Source: Bacteroidales bacterium (GTDB lineage: Bacteria > Bacteroidota > Bacteroidia > Bacteroidales > P3). Taken from it: 64,000 nt of DNA. Positions 55,102-64,000 of the stretch are shown one piece after another. Positions within the stretch are counted from its first letter, which is position 1; every line of letters begins with the position of its first letter. A program made the translations under genes and the position numbers. The stretch covers positions 3,818 through 67,817 of the forward strand of contig JAIKVZ010000060.1 in the NCBI GenBank assembly GCA_024685285.1, written 5' to 3'. Under the pieces are notes generated by a model. It did no database searches and was not told where the DNA came from. It saw nothing but the letters and a program-made list of their open reading frames with translations.

Positions 55102-56097
55102 ATGAAAACCGCAACACCCATATTGCTCATCGCCACAATGGCCCTAATGGTCTCGTGCCAGCCCAAGAGCAGCACCGAACCGCAGAAACGCGGCTCGTCG
55201 GGCAAGACCCTCGAAGTGCTGATGGCCGTCGACCGCGACATCTGGAACGGCACCACCACAGCACTGGTAGACTCGCTGTTCCGCGCCCCGCAGGACGGCC
55301 TGCCGCAGCCCGAACCCAAGTTCAGCGTGGTCAACATACCCACCTCGTCGCTCCGCAACACCGAGATGTTCCAGATGCACCGCAACATAGTGCTCTGCGA
55401 CATGGCCGAAGGCAACCCCGGCAAAGTCTACATACACCGCGATGCCAAAGCCTACCCCCAGGTGCTGATAGAGTTCGCCGTCACCTCGCGCGAAGAGTTC
55501 GAGCGGCTGCTACGACAGTACTATCCGCGCTTGGAAGCCGAGTTCTACCGCACCGAACACCTGCGCATACAGAAGGCCTTCTACGCCATGCGCAACATAG
55601 AGGTCATGCAAGCCCTGCGCAAACAGTTCGGCTTCACCCTCACCTTCAGCGACGAGTTTGCCATTGCCAAGCAGGCACAGGACTTTGCCTGGGTGCGCAA
55701 AGAGGCCAAAGACTTCGGCATAGGGGTGCTCATAGCCCGCGAGCCCTACACCGACCAGCGTCAGCTTGCGCAGAGTGCAGTGCTCAACCGTCTCGACACC
55801 CTCATGCACCGCCATGTGCCAGGCCCCTCCGAGGGCTCATACATGGCTACCGAGCGCCGCGTTGAAGCCACCAGCCACCCGGCACAAGGCTTCGACACCT
55901 GCGCCTACGCCCTCGAGACCCGCGGACTGTGGCGCCTTATGGGCGACTTTATGGGAGGCCCCTACGTAGCATACACCCTCATCTCGCCCGACAGCACACA
56001 GCTCATCACCCTTGCGGCCTACGCCTACTGCCCCCGATTCCCAAAAAGAGACTACCTGATGCAGGTCGAGAGTATCTGCCACTCAATCAAGTACTAA
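55102..56097 (+). CDS. DUF4837-like lipoprotein
   Basis: Lipobox 'ALMVSC'. 'LEVLMAVDRDIWNG...GLPQPEPKFSVVNIP' matches my recollection of DUF4837 proteins of Bacteroidota. Confidence 0.5.
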   Translation: MKTATPILLIATMALMVSCQPKSSTEPQKRGSSGKTLEVLMAVDRDIWNGTTTALVDSLFRAPQDGLPQPEPKFSVVNIPTSSLRNTEMFQMHRNIVLCDMAEGNPGKVYIHRDAKAYPQVLIEFAVTSREEFERLLRQYYPRLEAEFYRTEHLRIQKAFYAMRNIEVMQALRKQFGFTLTFSDEFAIAKQAQDFAWVRKEAKDFGIGVLIAREPYTDQRQLAQSAVLNRLDTLMHRHVPGPSEGSYMATERRVEATSHPAQGFDTCAYALETRGLWRLMGDFMGGPYVAYTLISPDSTQLITLAAYAYCPRFPKRDYLMQVESICHSIKY

Positions 56098-56101
56098 CAT
56101 A

Positions 56102-56136
56102 GGTTAGGTTCGGGTCAACATCGGATCAACATCGGG
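56102..56136 (-). repeat. Intergenic 11-bp tandem array, copy 5 (3 units, inverted orientation)
   Basis: The reverse complement reads cccgatgttga|tccgatgttga|cccgaacctaa|cc. The flank CAGGG..TGGT.GGCGAGG is shared with copy 1. Confidence 0.75.
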
Positions 56137-56169
56137 AAGACCTCGCCAACCACCCTGAAAAACAGCACA

Positions 56170-57030
56170 ATGAAAGCCCGGATACTGATACTCATAGCGT
56201 TGCTGGCCCCTGTCGCGGCCATGCCGCAAGGATTCCTCGGCCGCAGCGAAATAGTTTTTGCCGCAGGCGGAATGAACTACACGGGCGACCTTAACAACCA
56301 GTCACTATTCGGCCGCCCCAACCTTGCCGCCAGCGTAGGACTGCGCTATCACCTCAACAACCGTTTGGCAACAACCGCCATGGCGGCCTATGGCCATATC
56401 GAGGGTGGCAACCCCGACGCCATAGAGTTGCGCAACCTCAGTTTCCGATCGCCCGTGGCCGAACTCACTCTGCGCATCGAATTCAACTTTTTTGCCTACG
56501 GCACCGGCGCCACCGACCGGTTGTGGACCCCCTTCATCTTCGCCGGCCTCGGGGCATTCCACTTCAACCCACGCACCAGCTACCCCGACCAGGACGGCAA
56601 CCCAGTATGGGTCGACCTGCAGCCCCTCGGCACCGAAGGCCAAAACCTGCCCTCATACTCCGACAGGGTGCGCTATACCCTCACCCAGATGTGCCTGCCT
56701 TTCGGTCTGGGGGTGAGGATGAAACTCTCGCGTCACGTCTCGGTTAGCGCCGAGTATGGTCTACGTGCCACATGGACCGACTACCTCGACGATGTGAGCA
56801 CCACCTATGTGGGCTCCGCAGCCCTCTCGGCAGGCTCGCCCGACGGCGGCTTGGCCGCTCGCCTGGCCGACCGCAGCGGCGAGGTGCGCGCCGGCTACGT
56901 CAACGCACCGGGCATAAAACGCGGCGACGACTCGCTGTGTGACTGGTATCAGCTCTTCACCCTCACTTTCTCGGTCAACCTCGACCCCCTGCTGGGTTGG
57001 ACCCGCAGCCGCCGCTGCCTCGAGCGCTAA
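56170..57030 (+). CDS. Outer-membrane beta-barrel protein (DUF6089-like)
   Basis: Signal peptide 'MKARILILIALLAPVAAMPQG', alternating aromatic beta-strand pattern and 'YTGDLNN'. It sits in the conserved position upstream of uppS-bamA. Confidence 0.5.
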   Translation: MKARILILIALLAPVAAMPQGFLGRSEIVFAAGGMNYTGDLNNQSLFGRPNLAASVGLRYHLNNRLATTAMAAYGHIEGGNPDAIELRNLSFRSPVAELTLRIEFNFFAYGTGATDRLWTPFIFAGLGAFHFNPRTSYPDQDGNPVWVDLQPLGTEGQNLPSYSDRVRYTLTQMCLPFGLGVRMKLSRHVSVSAEYGLRATWTDYLDDVSTTYVGSAALSAGSPDGGLAARLADRSGEVRAGYVNAPGIKRGDDSLCDWYQLFTLTFSVNLDPLLGWTRSRRCLER

Positions 57031-57054
57031 ACACACCTCAAAACCACAATAGCC

Positions 57055-57810
57055 ATGCAACTCTCAGACCTCGACACCAACCTTATCCCACAACACGTGG
57101 CCATCATCATGGACGGCAACGGCCGCTGGGCCCAACACCAGAAGAAGCGCCGCATTTTCGGCCATCAAAACGCCATGGACGCCGTGCGCGCCGCCATAGA
57201 AGCCGCTGTGGCCTCGGGCGTCAAATACCTCACCCTATACACCTTCAGCACCGAGAACTGGAACCGTCCGCAAGAGGAGATTGACGGCCTCATGGAGCTG
57301 CTGGTGAAGGCCATACACGACGAGACCTCAACCATGATGAAAAACAATGTGAGCCTCAGCACCATAGGCGATCTGTCGCGTCTGCCCGACAAGACCCTTG
57401 CCAAACTGGAAGAGTGCTGCCGCACCACATCGGTCAACACTGGCACCAGTGTCATCCTGGCCCTGAGCTACAGCTCGCGCTGGGAGGTGGCCGAAGCCTT
57501 GAAAGCCATATGCCGCGACGCCGCCCAAGGACGCCTAACGCCCGACCAGGTTGACCAGGAAACCCTGCGGTCATACCTTGCCACCGCCGACTATCCCGAC
57601 CCAGACCTGCTAATACGCACCGGCGGCGAGTTGCGGCTCTCGAACTTCCTGCTATGGCAGATGGCCTACACCGAGTTCTACTTCAGCGACCAGCTGTGGC
57701 CCGATTTCCGGCATTCCGACTTCTACGAAGCTCTGCACCACTACCAGCAGCGGCAGCGCCGCTACGGCCTCACCGGCGACCAAGTGGAAACAAATAACGC
57801 AAAAAAATGA
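57055..57810 (+). CDS. uppS: Isoprenyl transferase (undecaprenyl-diphosphate synthase)
   Basis: 'HVAIIMDGNGRWA', 'LTLYTFSTENWNRP' and 'DLLIRTGGELRLSNFLLWQ.AY.E'. Confidence 0.92.
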   Translation: MQLSDLDTNLIPQHVAIIMDGNGRWAQHQKKRRIFGHQNAMDAVRAAIEAAVASGVKYLTLYTFSTENWNRPQEEIDGLMELLVKAIHDETSTMMKNNVSLSTIGDLSRLPDKTLAKLEECCRTTSVNTGTSVILALSYSSRWEVAEALKAICRDAAQGRLTPDQVDQETLRSYLATADYPDPDLLIRTGGELRLSNFLLWQMAYTEFYFSDQLWPDFRHSDFYEALHHYQQRQRRYGLTGDQVETNNAKK

Positions 57811-57877
57811 AAAAAATTGCGTCCAACAACAATAAAAAAGGCTTTTTTGTGTTTATATTAGATAAACCGTCAGCTCG

Positions 57878-60439
57878 ATGAAACACACAAGAGCCTTCAT
57901 ATTACTCATAACCATGGCCATATTGGGCGCACTTCACGTTGATGCCCAAACCGTTATAAGCAACAGCGAAGCCTACAACCTTGACTACCTCACCCCAAGG
58001 GTATACGAAATCGGCGGCATAACCTACGAGGGTGCCGACAACTTCGACAAACGCATCGTATCTCTCGTTGCCGGCCTGCAGGTGGGCGACAAGATAAAAG
58101 TGCCCGGCGACAAACTCTCAGTGGCCGTCGACAACCTATGGAACCAAGGACTCTTCGAGGATGTGCAGATTCTCGTAACCCGCATACAAGGCAACGTCAT
58201 ATTCCTCAAAATCCAACTAAAAGAACGCCCCAAACTCTCGGTATTCAAGTTCAAAGGCGTTGCCAAGAGCGACGAATCGAAGCTGCGCGAGGAGATAAAG
58301 ATAGGCAATGGCACCGTGGTGACCGAAAATATGCTTCAAACAACCTCCAACAAGATACGCTCCTACTACGTCACCAAGGGCTACACCCGTGCCGAGGTTG
58401 AACCTATCGTTGAATCCGACAGCACCGGCGGTGCTCAAAACCGCGTCAGCGTGACCTACAACGTCAAGCGTGGCCGCAAGGTGAAGATAGACTCGCTGCT
58501 GCTGGTGGGCAACACCAACATGAAGGATGTGAAGATACTGCGCCAGATGAAGAACACACACGACGTTCACTACTACAAATACTTTCAAATCTTCTCCAAA
58601 GGCTTCTGGTCCAGTTCAAAGTACAACGAGAGCAACTTCCGCGACGACCTTGACCAAGTTATCTCCTACTATAACGAGCAGGGCTACCGCGATGCTCGCA
58701 TCGTGTCCGACACCGTGTGGACAGTCCCCGACAACGAGCTGAAGCTGAGCGATAAGAAACGTCGCAACCAAGAGCGCGTTAAAGTACGCGTCAACATCTA
58801 TGAAGGTCGCAAGTTCTATTTCCGTAACATCACCTTCTCGGGCAATACCATATACGATTCAGAGACCTTGGCACGCCACCTGCGCATTGCCAAAGGCGAC
58901 CCCTACAACCGCACCCTGCTTGAAACCAATATCAACTTCAACCCCTCGTCGACAGACATAGCCTCGATGTATATGGACAACGGATACCTTTTCTTCCGTG
59001 CCACTCCCGTAGAGATGGCCGTAGAGGGCGATTCCATTGACATCGAGATTCGCATAACCGAGGGCAAACAGGCTCGCATACGCAACGTTTCGGTCGAGGG
59101 CAACACCGTGACCAACGACAACATAATACTGCGCGAGTTGCACACCCGTCCAGGCGATCTCTTCAGCCGCAGCGATGTCATACGTAGCCGCCGCGAACTG
59201 GCCACACTGGGCTTCTTTCAGGAAGACAAAATCAACCCCGTACCAAAACCCAACGCCGAAGACGGCACTGTGGACATAGTGTACGAGGTGCAGGAGGGCA
59301 ACACCTCGCAGATACAGTTGCAGGGCGGCTATGGCTCAAAGATGTTTGTGCTGCAGGCAAGCCTCATACTCAACAACTTCAGCGCCCGCAAGATAATGCA
59401 CCCCAAAGACTGGGCTCCCCTACCCGCAGGCGACGGTCAGCGTCTGAGCCTCACCGCCATTGCCAACACCTCATACTACTCTTTTGGAGCCTCGTTCACA
59501 GAGCCGTGGCTTGGCGGACACAGACCGCAGGCCCTCTCGCTGAGCGCCTTCCACACCATGCTGACCAACGGCTTCTACTATAAGCGCACCGACCCAGCCT
59601 ACCGCAGCCTGAAACTCACCAGCGTCACCGCTTCGTTTGCACGACGCCTCAAATGGCCCGACGACTACTTCTCGCTGGGACATATGCTCACGTTCAAACA
59701 CTACGACCTACAAAACTACAGTCAGCACATCAGCACCTTCACCGACGGCGTTGCCAACGACCTGAGCTACAGCCTAACCATCACGCGCAACTCTCTCGAC
59801 TCGCCCATATATCCCCGCAACGGTTCCGAGTTAAGTGTCACCGGTACCGCCACTCTGCCCTACTCGCTCATAAATGGCCGCGACTACAGCCAGATTACCG
59901 ACCCACAGGAACTTTACCGCTGGTTAGAGTACTACAAAGTAAATCTGCGCGGCTCGTGGGTGCTCAACCTGGTGGGCAACACGGTTCTTAACGCCCGCTT
60001 CCGCTTTGGATGGATGGGCTATTACAACAAGTACATTGGCACCTCGCCCTTTGGTCGCTACTTCCTTGGCGGCGATGGCCTAACCATGTACTACAACGAC
60101 GGCAGCGAGATAATACCTCTGCGCGGATACGACAACGAAACCATCGGAGCCTCGATAAATGGCGGCGGTGCCGCATTCGACCGATTCACCCTTGAGTTGC
60201 GCCAGTTGGTGGTCGAAAGCGGCGGTTTCACAGCCTGGGTTCTCGGCTTCCTTGAAGGAGGCAACTGCTGGGAACAAATCAGCGATTTCCAGCCATTCAA
60301 GATGTACCAGTCGGCTGGCGTGGGAGCCAGGGTACAGGCCCCGTGGTTCGGCCTCATAGGTGTCGACTGGGGTTATGGCTTCAACGGCCAGCGCGGTGGC
60401 AGCCACTTCCACTTCATCATAGGCCAAAGCATAGACTAA
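57878..60439 (+). CDS. bamA: Outer membrane protein assembly factor BamA
   Basis: 853 aa with a signal peptide, repeated POTRA-like segments ('Y.I..I...G') and a C-terminal Omp85 barrel ending '...HFHFIIGQSID'. Synteny with uppS and ompH. Confidence 0.85.
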   Translation: MKHTRAFILLITMAILGALHVDAQTVISNSEAYNLDYLTPRVYEIGGITYEGADNFDKRIVSLVAGLQVGDKIKVPGDKLSVAVDNLWNQGLFEDVQILVTRIQGNVIFLKIQLKERPKLSVFKFKGVAKSDESKLREEIKIGNGTVVTENMLQTTSNKIRSYYVTKGYTRAEVEPIVESDSTGGAQNRVSVTYNVKRGRKVKIDSLLLVGNTNMKDVKILRQMKNTHDVHYYKYFQIFSKGFWSSSKYNESNFRDDLDQVISYYNEQGYRDARIVSDTVWTVPDNELKLSDKKRRNQERVKVRVNIYEGRKFYFRNITFSGNTIYDSETLARHLRIAKGDPYNRTLLETNINFNPSSTDIASMYMDNGYLFFRATPVEMAVEGDSIDIEIRITEGKQARIRNVSVEGNTVTNDNIILRELHTRPGDLFSRSDVIRSRRELATLGFFQEDKINPVPKPNAEDGTVDIVYEVQEGNTSQIQLQGGYGSKMFVLQASLILNNFSARKIMHPKDWAPLPAGDGQRLSLTAIANTSYYSFGASFTEPWLGGHRPQALSLSAFHTMLTNGFYYKRTDPAYRSLKLTSVTASFARRLKWPDDYFSLGHMLTFKHYDLQNYSQHISTFTDGVANDLSYSLTITRNSLDSPIYPRNGSELSVTGTATLPYSLINGRDYSQITDPQELYRWLEYYKVNLRGSWVLNLVGNTVLNARFRFGWMGYYNKYIGTSPFGRYFLGGDGLTMYYNDGSEIIPLRGYDNETIGASINGGGAAFDRFTLELRQLVVESGGFTAWVLGFLEGGNCWEQISDFQPFKMYQSAGVGARVQAPWFGLIGVDWGYGFNGQRGGSHFHFIIGQSID

Positions 60440-60445
60440 CATCAC

Positions 60446-61126
60446 ATGAAACGCCTAATCACAGCACTGACCATAGCAATTGTAGCACTGCTCTGCCTAC
60501 CCGAGGCAGGGGCGCAGAAATATGCATGCGTCAACACCGATTATGTGCTCAAAAGCATACCCGACTACGCAAACGCCCAGAAACGGTTGGACAAATATGT
60601 GTCCGACTGGCAGAACGAAATCGACCAAAAACAGGCCGAAATAGAAAGCCTGCGCGCCAGCTATGAACAGGAATCGTATCTGCTGCCCGACAATCTGCGT
60701 CAGCGCCGTAAAGACGACTTGGCCGCAAAAGAACAAGAACTGCGCGAGTTGCAACGCCAGCGTTTCGGCGTAGGTGGCGACCTCGACAAAAAACGCTCGG
60801 AGTTGCTAAAGCCAATACAAGATCGCGTATACTCCACTATCGAGCGCATAGCTCATGAGAAGAGTTATGCCTTCGTGTTTGATCGTGCCGGCTCGGCCAC
60901 TGTGCTTTTTGCCAGCGAGAAATACGACATAAGCAACCAAGTCATAGAGCTTATGGGCTATACCCCTGGCCAGACCCAGACCGCACCCGACGCACAGCAA
61001 AGTGCAAAGACAACCTCGAAACCGGGTGCCAAGCCTGGTGAGAGACAGGGGGCAAAAGGCAATATGCCGCAGAATTCCGGCAACCGACAGGGTCCAGAAA
61101 ACCCTGAGATGAAGTTCAGACGGTGA
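60446..61126 (+). CDS. OmpH/Skp-family periplasmic chaperone with a low-complexity C-terminal tail
   Basis: Signal peptide, 'YACVNTDYVLKSIPDY', a coiled-coil Q/E/R-rich core and 'YAFVFDRAGSATVLFAS'. Confidence 0.8.
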   Translation: MKRLITALTIAIVALLCLPEAGAQKYACVNTDYVLKSIPDYANAQKRLDKYVSDWQNEIDQKQAEIESLRASYEQESYLLPDNLRQRRKDDLAAKEQELRELQRQRFGVGGDLDKKRSELLKPIQDRVYSTIERIAHEKSYAFVFDRAGSATVLFASEKYDISNQVIELMGYTPGQTQTAPDAQQSAKTTSKPGAKPGERQGAKGNMPQNSGNRQGPENPEMKFRR

Positions 61127-61156
61127 AATATATACCGCCATATCAGCAAAAAAATG

Positions 61157-61164
61157 TATCTTTG
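61157..61164 (+). promoter_or_regulatory. Bacteroidota -7 promoter box TATCTTTG(CA) before the second ompH gene
   Basis: TAnnTTTG match 60 nt upstream of the ATG at 61224. Confidence 0.45.
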
Positions 61165-61223
61165 CATTCTGCAACAAAAGCATAAAAACAAGCAAACAAT
61201 AACGAAAACAATAACTTAGAACA

Positions 61224-61736
61224 ATGAAGAAAGTATTCATCGCCACCTTGGCAGTCATTTTTGCCCTCTGCGGCACCGCCATGGCCCAGAAAAATATCAA
61301 GCTGGGTCATATAAACTCCAACGAACTCATGCAGATAATGCCCGGCCGCGACTCGGCACAGGCAGTGCTGCAGGCCGAGGTTACCGAACTGGAAGGCACC
61401 CTCAAGGCCATGCAGAGCGAAATGGAGCAGCGCTACAACGACTATATGGAGAAGCAGAACGGCTGGACCGACCTCATCAAGCAGACCAAGCAGCGCGAGA
61501 TACAAGACATGGGCGCCCGCATCGAGGAGTTCCAGCGCAGTGCGCAGACCCAGCTGCAGGAGCGTGAAGCCGAATTACTCAAGCCCATAATCGATCGCGC
61601 TAAAGACGCCATTGACCAAGTGGCCAAAGAGGGTGGCTATACATACGTGTTCGATTCTGGCACAGGAGCTCTGCTCTATTCGCAGGACTCTGAAGACCTT
61701 ATGCCTTTGGTGAAGAAGAAACTGGGTCTCAACTAA
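61224..61736 (+). CDS. OmpH/Skp-family periplasmic chaperone
   Basis: Signal peptide 'MKKVFIATLAVIFALCGTAMAQ', 'KLGHINSNELMQIMP', a coiled-coil core and 'YTYVFDSGTGALLY'. Confidence 0.85.
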   Translation: MKKVFIATLAVIFALCGTAMAQKNIKLGHINSNELMQIMPGRDSAQAVLQAEVTELEGTLKAMQSEMEQRYNDYMEKQNGWTDLIKQTKQREIQDMGARIEEFQRSAQTQLQEREAELLKPIIDRAKDAIDQVAKEGGYTYVFDSGTGALLYSQDSEDLMPLVKKKLGLN

Positions 61737-61751
61737 TACCGCAACCCAGCA

Positions 61752-62327
61752 ATGGCTACAATACGTTTAGCCGTACTTGGCTCGGGCAATGGCACAAACG
61801 CACAGCGCATAGCCGAATACTTCAGCGGCAACCCTGCCGTTGAAGTGGCTTGTATAGTCTATAACAAACCTGACGCCTACATAGCCACACGCGCCCGCAA
61901 CCTCGGCATCGAGGCTCGCTACTTCGGACGCGACGACTTCTATCGCTCGAACCGCGTTGCCGACTACTTGGCACAGAAAAAGACCGACTGGGTGATACTG
62001 GCCGGGTTCCTCTGGCTGGTCCCTGCCAATCTGCTGCAAGCCTATCCGGGCCATATCATCAACATTCACCCCGCCCTGCTGCCACTCTACGGTGGACGCG
62101 GAATGTACGGAGAACATGTGCACGAGGCTGTCATAGCACATCACGAAACCGAAAGCGGTATAACCATACACCTCGTCGACGAACAATACGACCACGGCAC
62201 AATCCTCTTCCAAGCACGCTGCTCCGTGAGCCCCAACGACACCCCGGACACCCTGGCACAGAAAATACACAGCCTTGAGTACGAGCACTTCCCGCGCGTG
62301 ATTGAACAAACCGTACTGCCTCGATAG
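61752..62327 (+). CDS. purN: Phosphoribosylglycinamide formyltransferase
   Basis: 'LAVLGSGNGTNAQRI', 'ILAGFLWLVP' and 'IINIHPALLPLYGGRGMYG.HVH'. Confidence 0.88.
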   Translation: MATIRLAVLGSGNGTNAQRIAEYFSGNPAVEVACIVYNKPDAYIATRARNLGIEARYFGRDDFYRSNRVADYLAQKKTDWVILAGFLWLVPANLLQAYPGHIINIHPALLPLYGGRGMYGEHVHEAVIAHHETESGITIHLVDEQYDHGTILFQARCSVSPNDTPDTLAQKIHSLEYEHFPRVIEQTVLPR

Positions 62328-62333
62328 CACACC

Positions 62334-63467
62334 ATGGTAATAGCCGTCAACACACGCCTGCTCATAGCATCGAAAATGGACGGCATAGGCTGGTTCACAG
62401 CCGAAACCATGCGCCACATAACAACCAGTCACCCAGATGTGGAGTTCCATTTCTTGTTCGACCGCCGACCTGATCCGCAGTTTTTATACGGACCCAACGT
62501 CAAAGCCATAGTGCTTCCACCGCCGGCAAGACACCCATTGCTCTGGTTTATCTTCTTCGAAATCAGCGTTGCACTATACTTAACCCGAACCAAACCCGAC
62601 CTCTACCTATCGCCAGACGGCTTTATACCGCTGCAAACCAAGACCCCGACACTTGCCGTCATTCACGACATCAACTTTGAACACGACCCGACCTACCTGC
62701 GGCACTCGCACCAGCGCTATATGCAGCACTACTTCCCCCTCTATGCGCGCCGCGCCACAAGGGTTGCCACCGTGTCAGAATACTCGCGAGCCGATATAGC
62801 CGCCACCTATGGCGTAGACCCCAAAAACATTGATGTGGTCTATAACGGATCCAACAGCCTCTACCATCCCCTGAACAGCGAAGAGTGCCAGGCCGTGCGC
62901 AACCAATACTGCCAAGGTCGTCCTTACTTCATCTTCGTCAGTACCATACTTAAACGCAAGAACCTTACCGGGGTGCTACGCGCCTTCGACCTATACAAAC
63001 AGCGGCGTCCCGACGACGAGAGCCGTCTGATTGTTGTGGGTCATCGCGTGTGGTGGCAAGACGAACTGCGCGAGACCTATGAGAATATGCGGCACAAAGC
63101 TGAGGTCGACTTTGTAGGCCATGCCGACGTTACCGACCTCTCACGTATGGTAGGAGCCGCGCAGGCATTGGTCTACCCATCGTTGTTCGAAGGATTCGGT
63201 ATACCCATAGTCGAGGCCTTCAGCGCCGGAACCCCCGTCATTACCTCCAACGTCACCTCCATGCCCGAGATAGCGGCCGATGCCGCCCTAATTGTAGACC
63301 CACACGACCACACGCAGATAGCCGACGCTATGGTGCGCATTGCAACCGAGCCCGAACTGCGCCACAGCCTCATCGAGCGAGGCCTGCGCCGCAGCACTGA
63401 TTTCAGCTGGCAACGCTCTGCCGACCTACTGTGGCAAAGCATGATGAAAACCATACGGCAGCAATGA
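62334..63467 (+). CDS. GT-B fold glycosyltransferase (family 4-like)
   Basis: C-terminal 'ALVYPSLFEGFGIPIVEAFSAGTPVITSN' (EX7E region). Confidence 0.8.
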   Translation: MVIAVNTRLLIASKMDGIGWFTAETMRHITTSHPDVEFHFLFDRRPDPQFLYGPNVKAIVLPPPARHPLLWFIFFEISVALYLTRTKPDLYLSPDGFIPLQTKTPTLAVIHDINFEHDPTYLRHSHQRYMQHYFPLYARRATRVATVSEYSRADIAATYGVDPKNIDVVYNGSNSLYHPLNSEECQAVRNQYCQGRPYFIFVSTILKRKNLTGVLRAFDLYKQRRPDDESRLIVVGHRVWWQDELRETYENMRHKAEVDFVGHADVTDLSRMVGAAQALVYPSLFEGFGIPIVEAFSAGTPVITSNVTSMPEIAADAALIVDPHDHTQIADAMVRIATEPELRHSLIERGLRRSTDFSWQRSADLLWQSMMKTIRQQ

Positions 63468-64000
63468 GACACTCCGCCATAGTCATAGCAGCCCTGCTGA
63501 CCGCAACCATATCGGCAACGGCACAAGACACCCTGCATATGGGGCCAAACATGGTATACAATCCATCGTTTGAAGAGTATCGCCAGTGCCCGCAACGCAT
63601 CGATTCGCGCGGAACCCTCACCACAGTCGACGCTTGGTATCAACCAACCGCCGGCAGCGCCGACTACTACAACGTGTGCGGCCGTCGCGAGTGCCAGGTA
63701 CCCAACAACAAACTTGGCAGCCAACCGGCACGCACAGGCGTGGGCTATTGCGGAATATACTGCTCGCAAGACAATTATCGCGAATATCTGCAAACCGAAC
63801 TACGCGAGCCTCTCGTCCCAGGGGCAACCTATGAGGTCACCTTCCACGTCAGTTTGGCCGAACTCTCGCCCGAGGCCGTGGGCACACTCGGAGCCCTTTT
63901 CACATCCTACCGCCTGGCCGACAGCAGTTACAACATTTTGCTACACCGCGAATGGCGCCAGGTTGGACCCGCACGCCAAGCCATAGCCACCAACTTCACG
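63464..64000 (+). CDS. Secreted protein, 3'-truncated by the window edge; N-terminal domain of the kind found on Bacteroidota OmpA-family proteins
   Basis: Absent from the ORF track because it has no stop within the window. My own translation of frame 2 from the ATG at 63464 (an ATGA overlap with the previous stop) is open to nt 64000: 'MRHSAIVIAALLTATISATAQDTLHMGPNMVYNPSFEEYRQCPQRIDSRGTLTTVDAWYQPTAGSADYYNVCG...'. It has a signal peptide plus the 'NPSFEEY..CP....W.....G..DYYN.C' pattern. Confidence 0.6.
   Translation, partial: MRHSAIVIAALLTATISATAQDTLHMGPNMVYNPSFEEYRQCPQRIDSRGTLTTVDAWYQPTAGSADYYNVCGRRECQVPNNKLGSQPARTGVGYCGIYCSQDNYREYLQTELREPLVPGATYEVTFHVSLAELSPEAVGTLGALFTSYRLADSSYNILLHREWRQVGPARQAIATNFT

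Overview
64-kb chromosomal window from a fairly GC-rich (high-50s % by eye) Bacteroidota genome, probably Bacteroidales. That placement is an inference from TAnnTTTG-type -7 promoter boxes, T9SS C-terminal sorting domains, and the uppS-bamA-ompH-ompH and tRNA-tuf-secE-nusG-rplKAJL-rpoBC gene order. Most of the window is housekeeping. Left part (1-9.7 kb): an OmpA-family gene fragment, a CoA-transferase alpha subunit plus a hotdog protein, a GtrA / T9SS M14 carboxypeptidase / GT2 operon, a phosphohexomutase and a DUF362-like lipoprotein. 10.2-26.4 kb: one 16.2-kb minus-strand gene for a 5,402-aa modular T9SS-sorted surface protein. 26.6-33.1 kb: MerR regulator, LptD-like protein, amidase with SPOR domain, ABC ATPase, pyrF and a small membrane protein. 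33.3-38.0 kb: a complete Type III restriction-modification operon (mod-res) whose mod gene has a sharply AT-rich central segment. 38.6-52.3 kb: four tRNAs, tuf, tRNA-Trp, secE, nusG, rplKAJL and rpoBC. 52.4-64 kb: a lipoprotein plus radical-SAM/SPASM pair, an SDR epimerase, a DUF4837-like lipoprotein, a beta-barrel protein, uppS, bamA, two ompH/skp, purN, a GT4 glycosyltransferase and a 3'-truncated gene. The least explained signals are: (1) five intergenic arrays of 3-4 tandem 11-bp units (consensus about CCCGACCTNAA), one of them inside the rplJ-rplL spacer; (2) the giant gene's domain-order super-repeat; (3) the lipoprotein/rSAM-SPASM pair of unknown function; (4) the compositional mosaic in mod. 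No CRISPR array, transposase, integrase or rRNA was seen. All coordinates and motif calls were read by eye, so start codons and domain boundaries are approximate.
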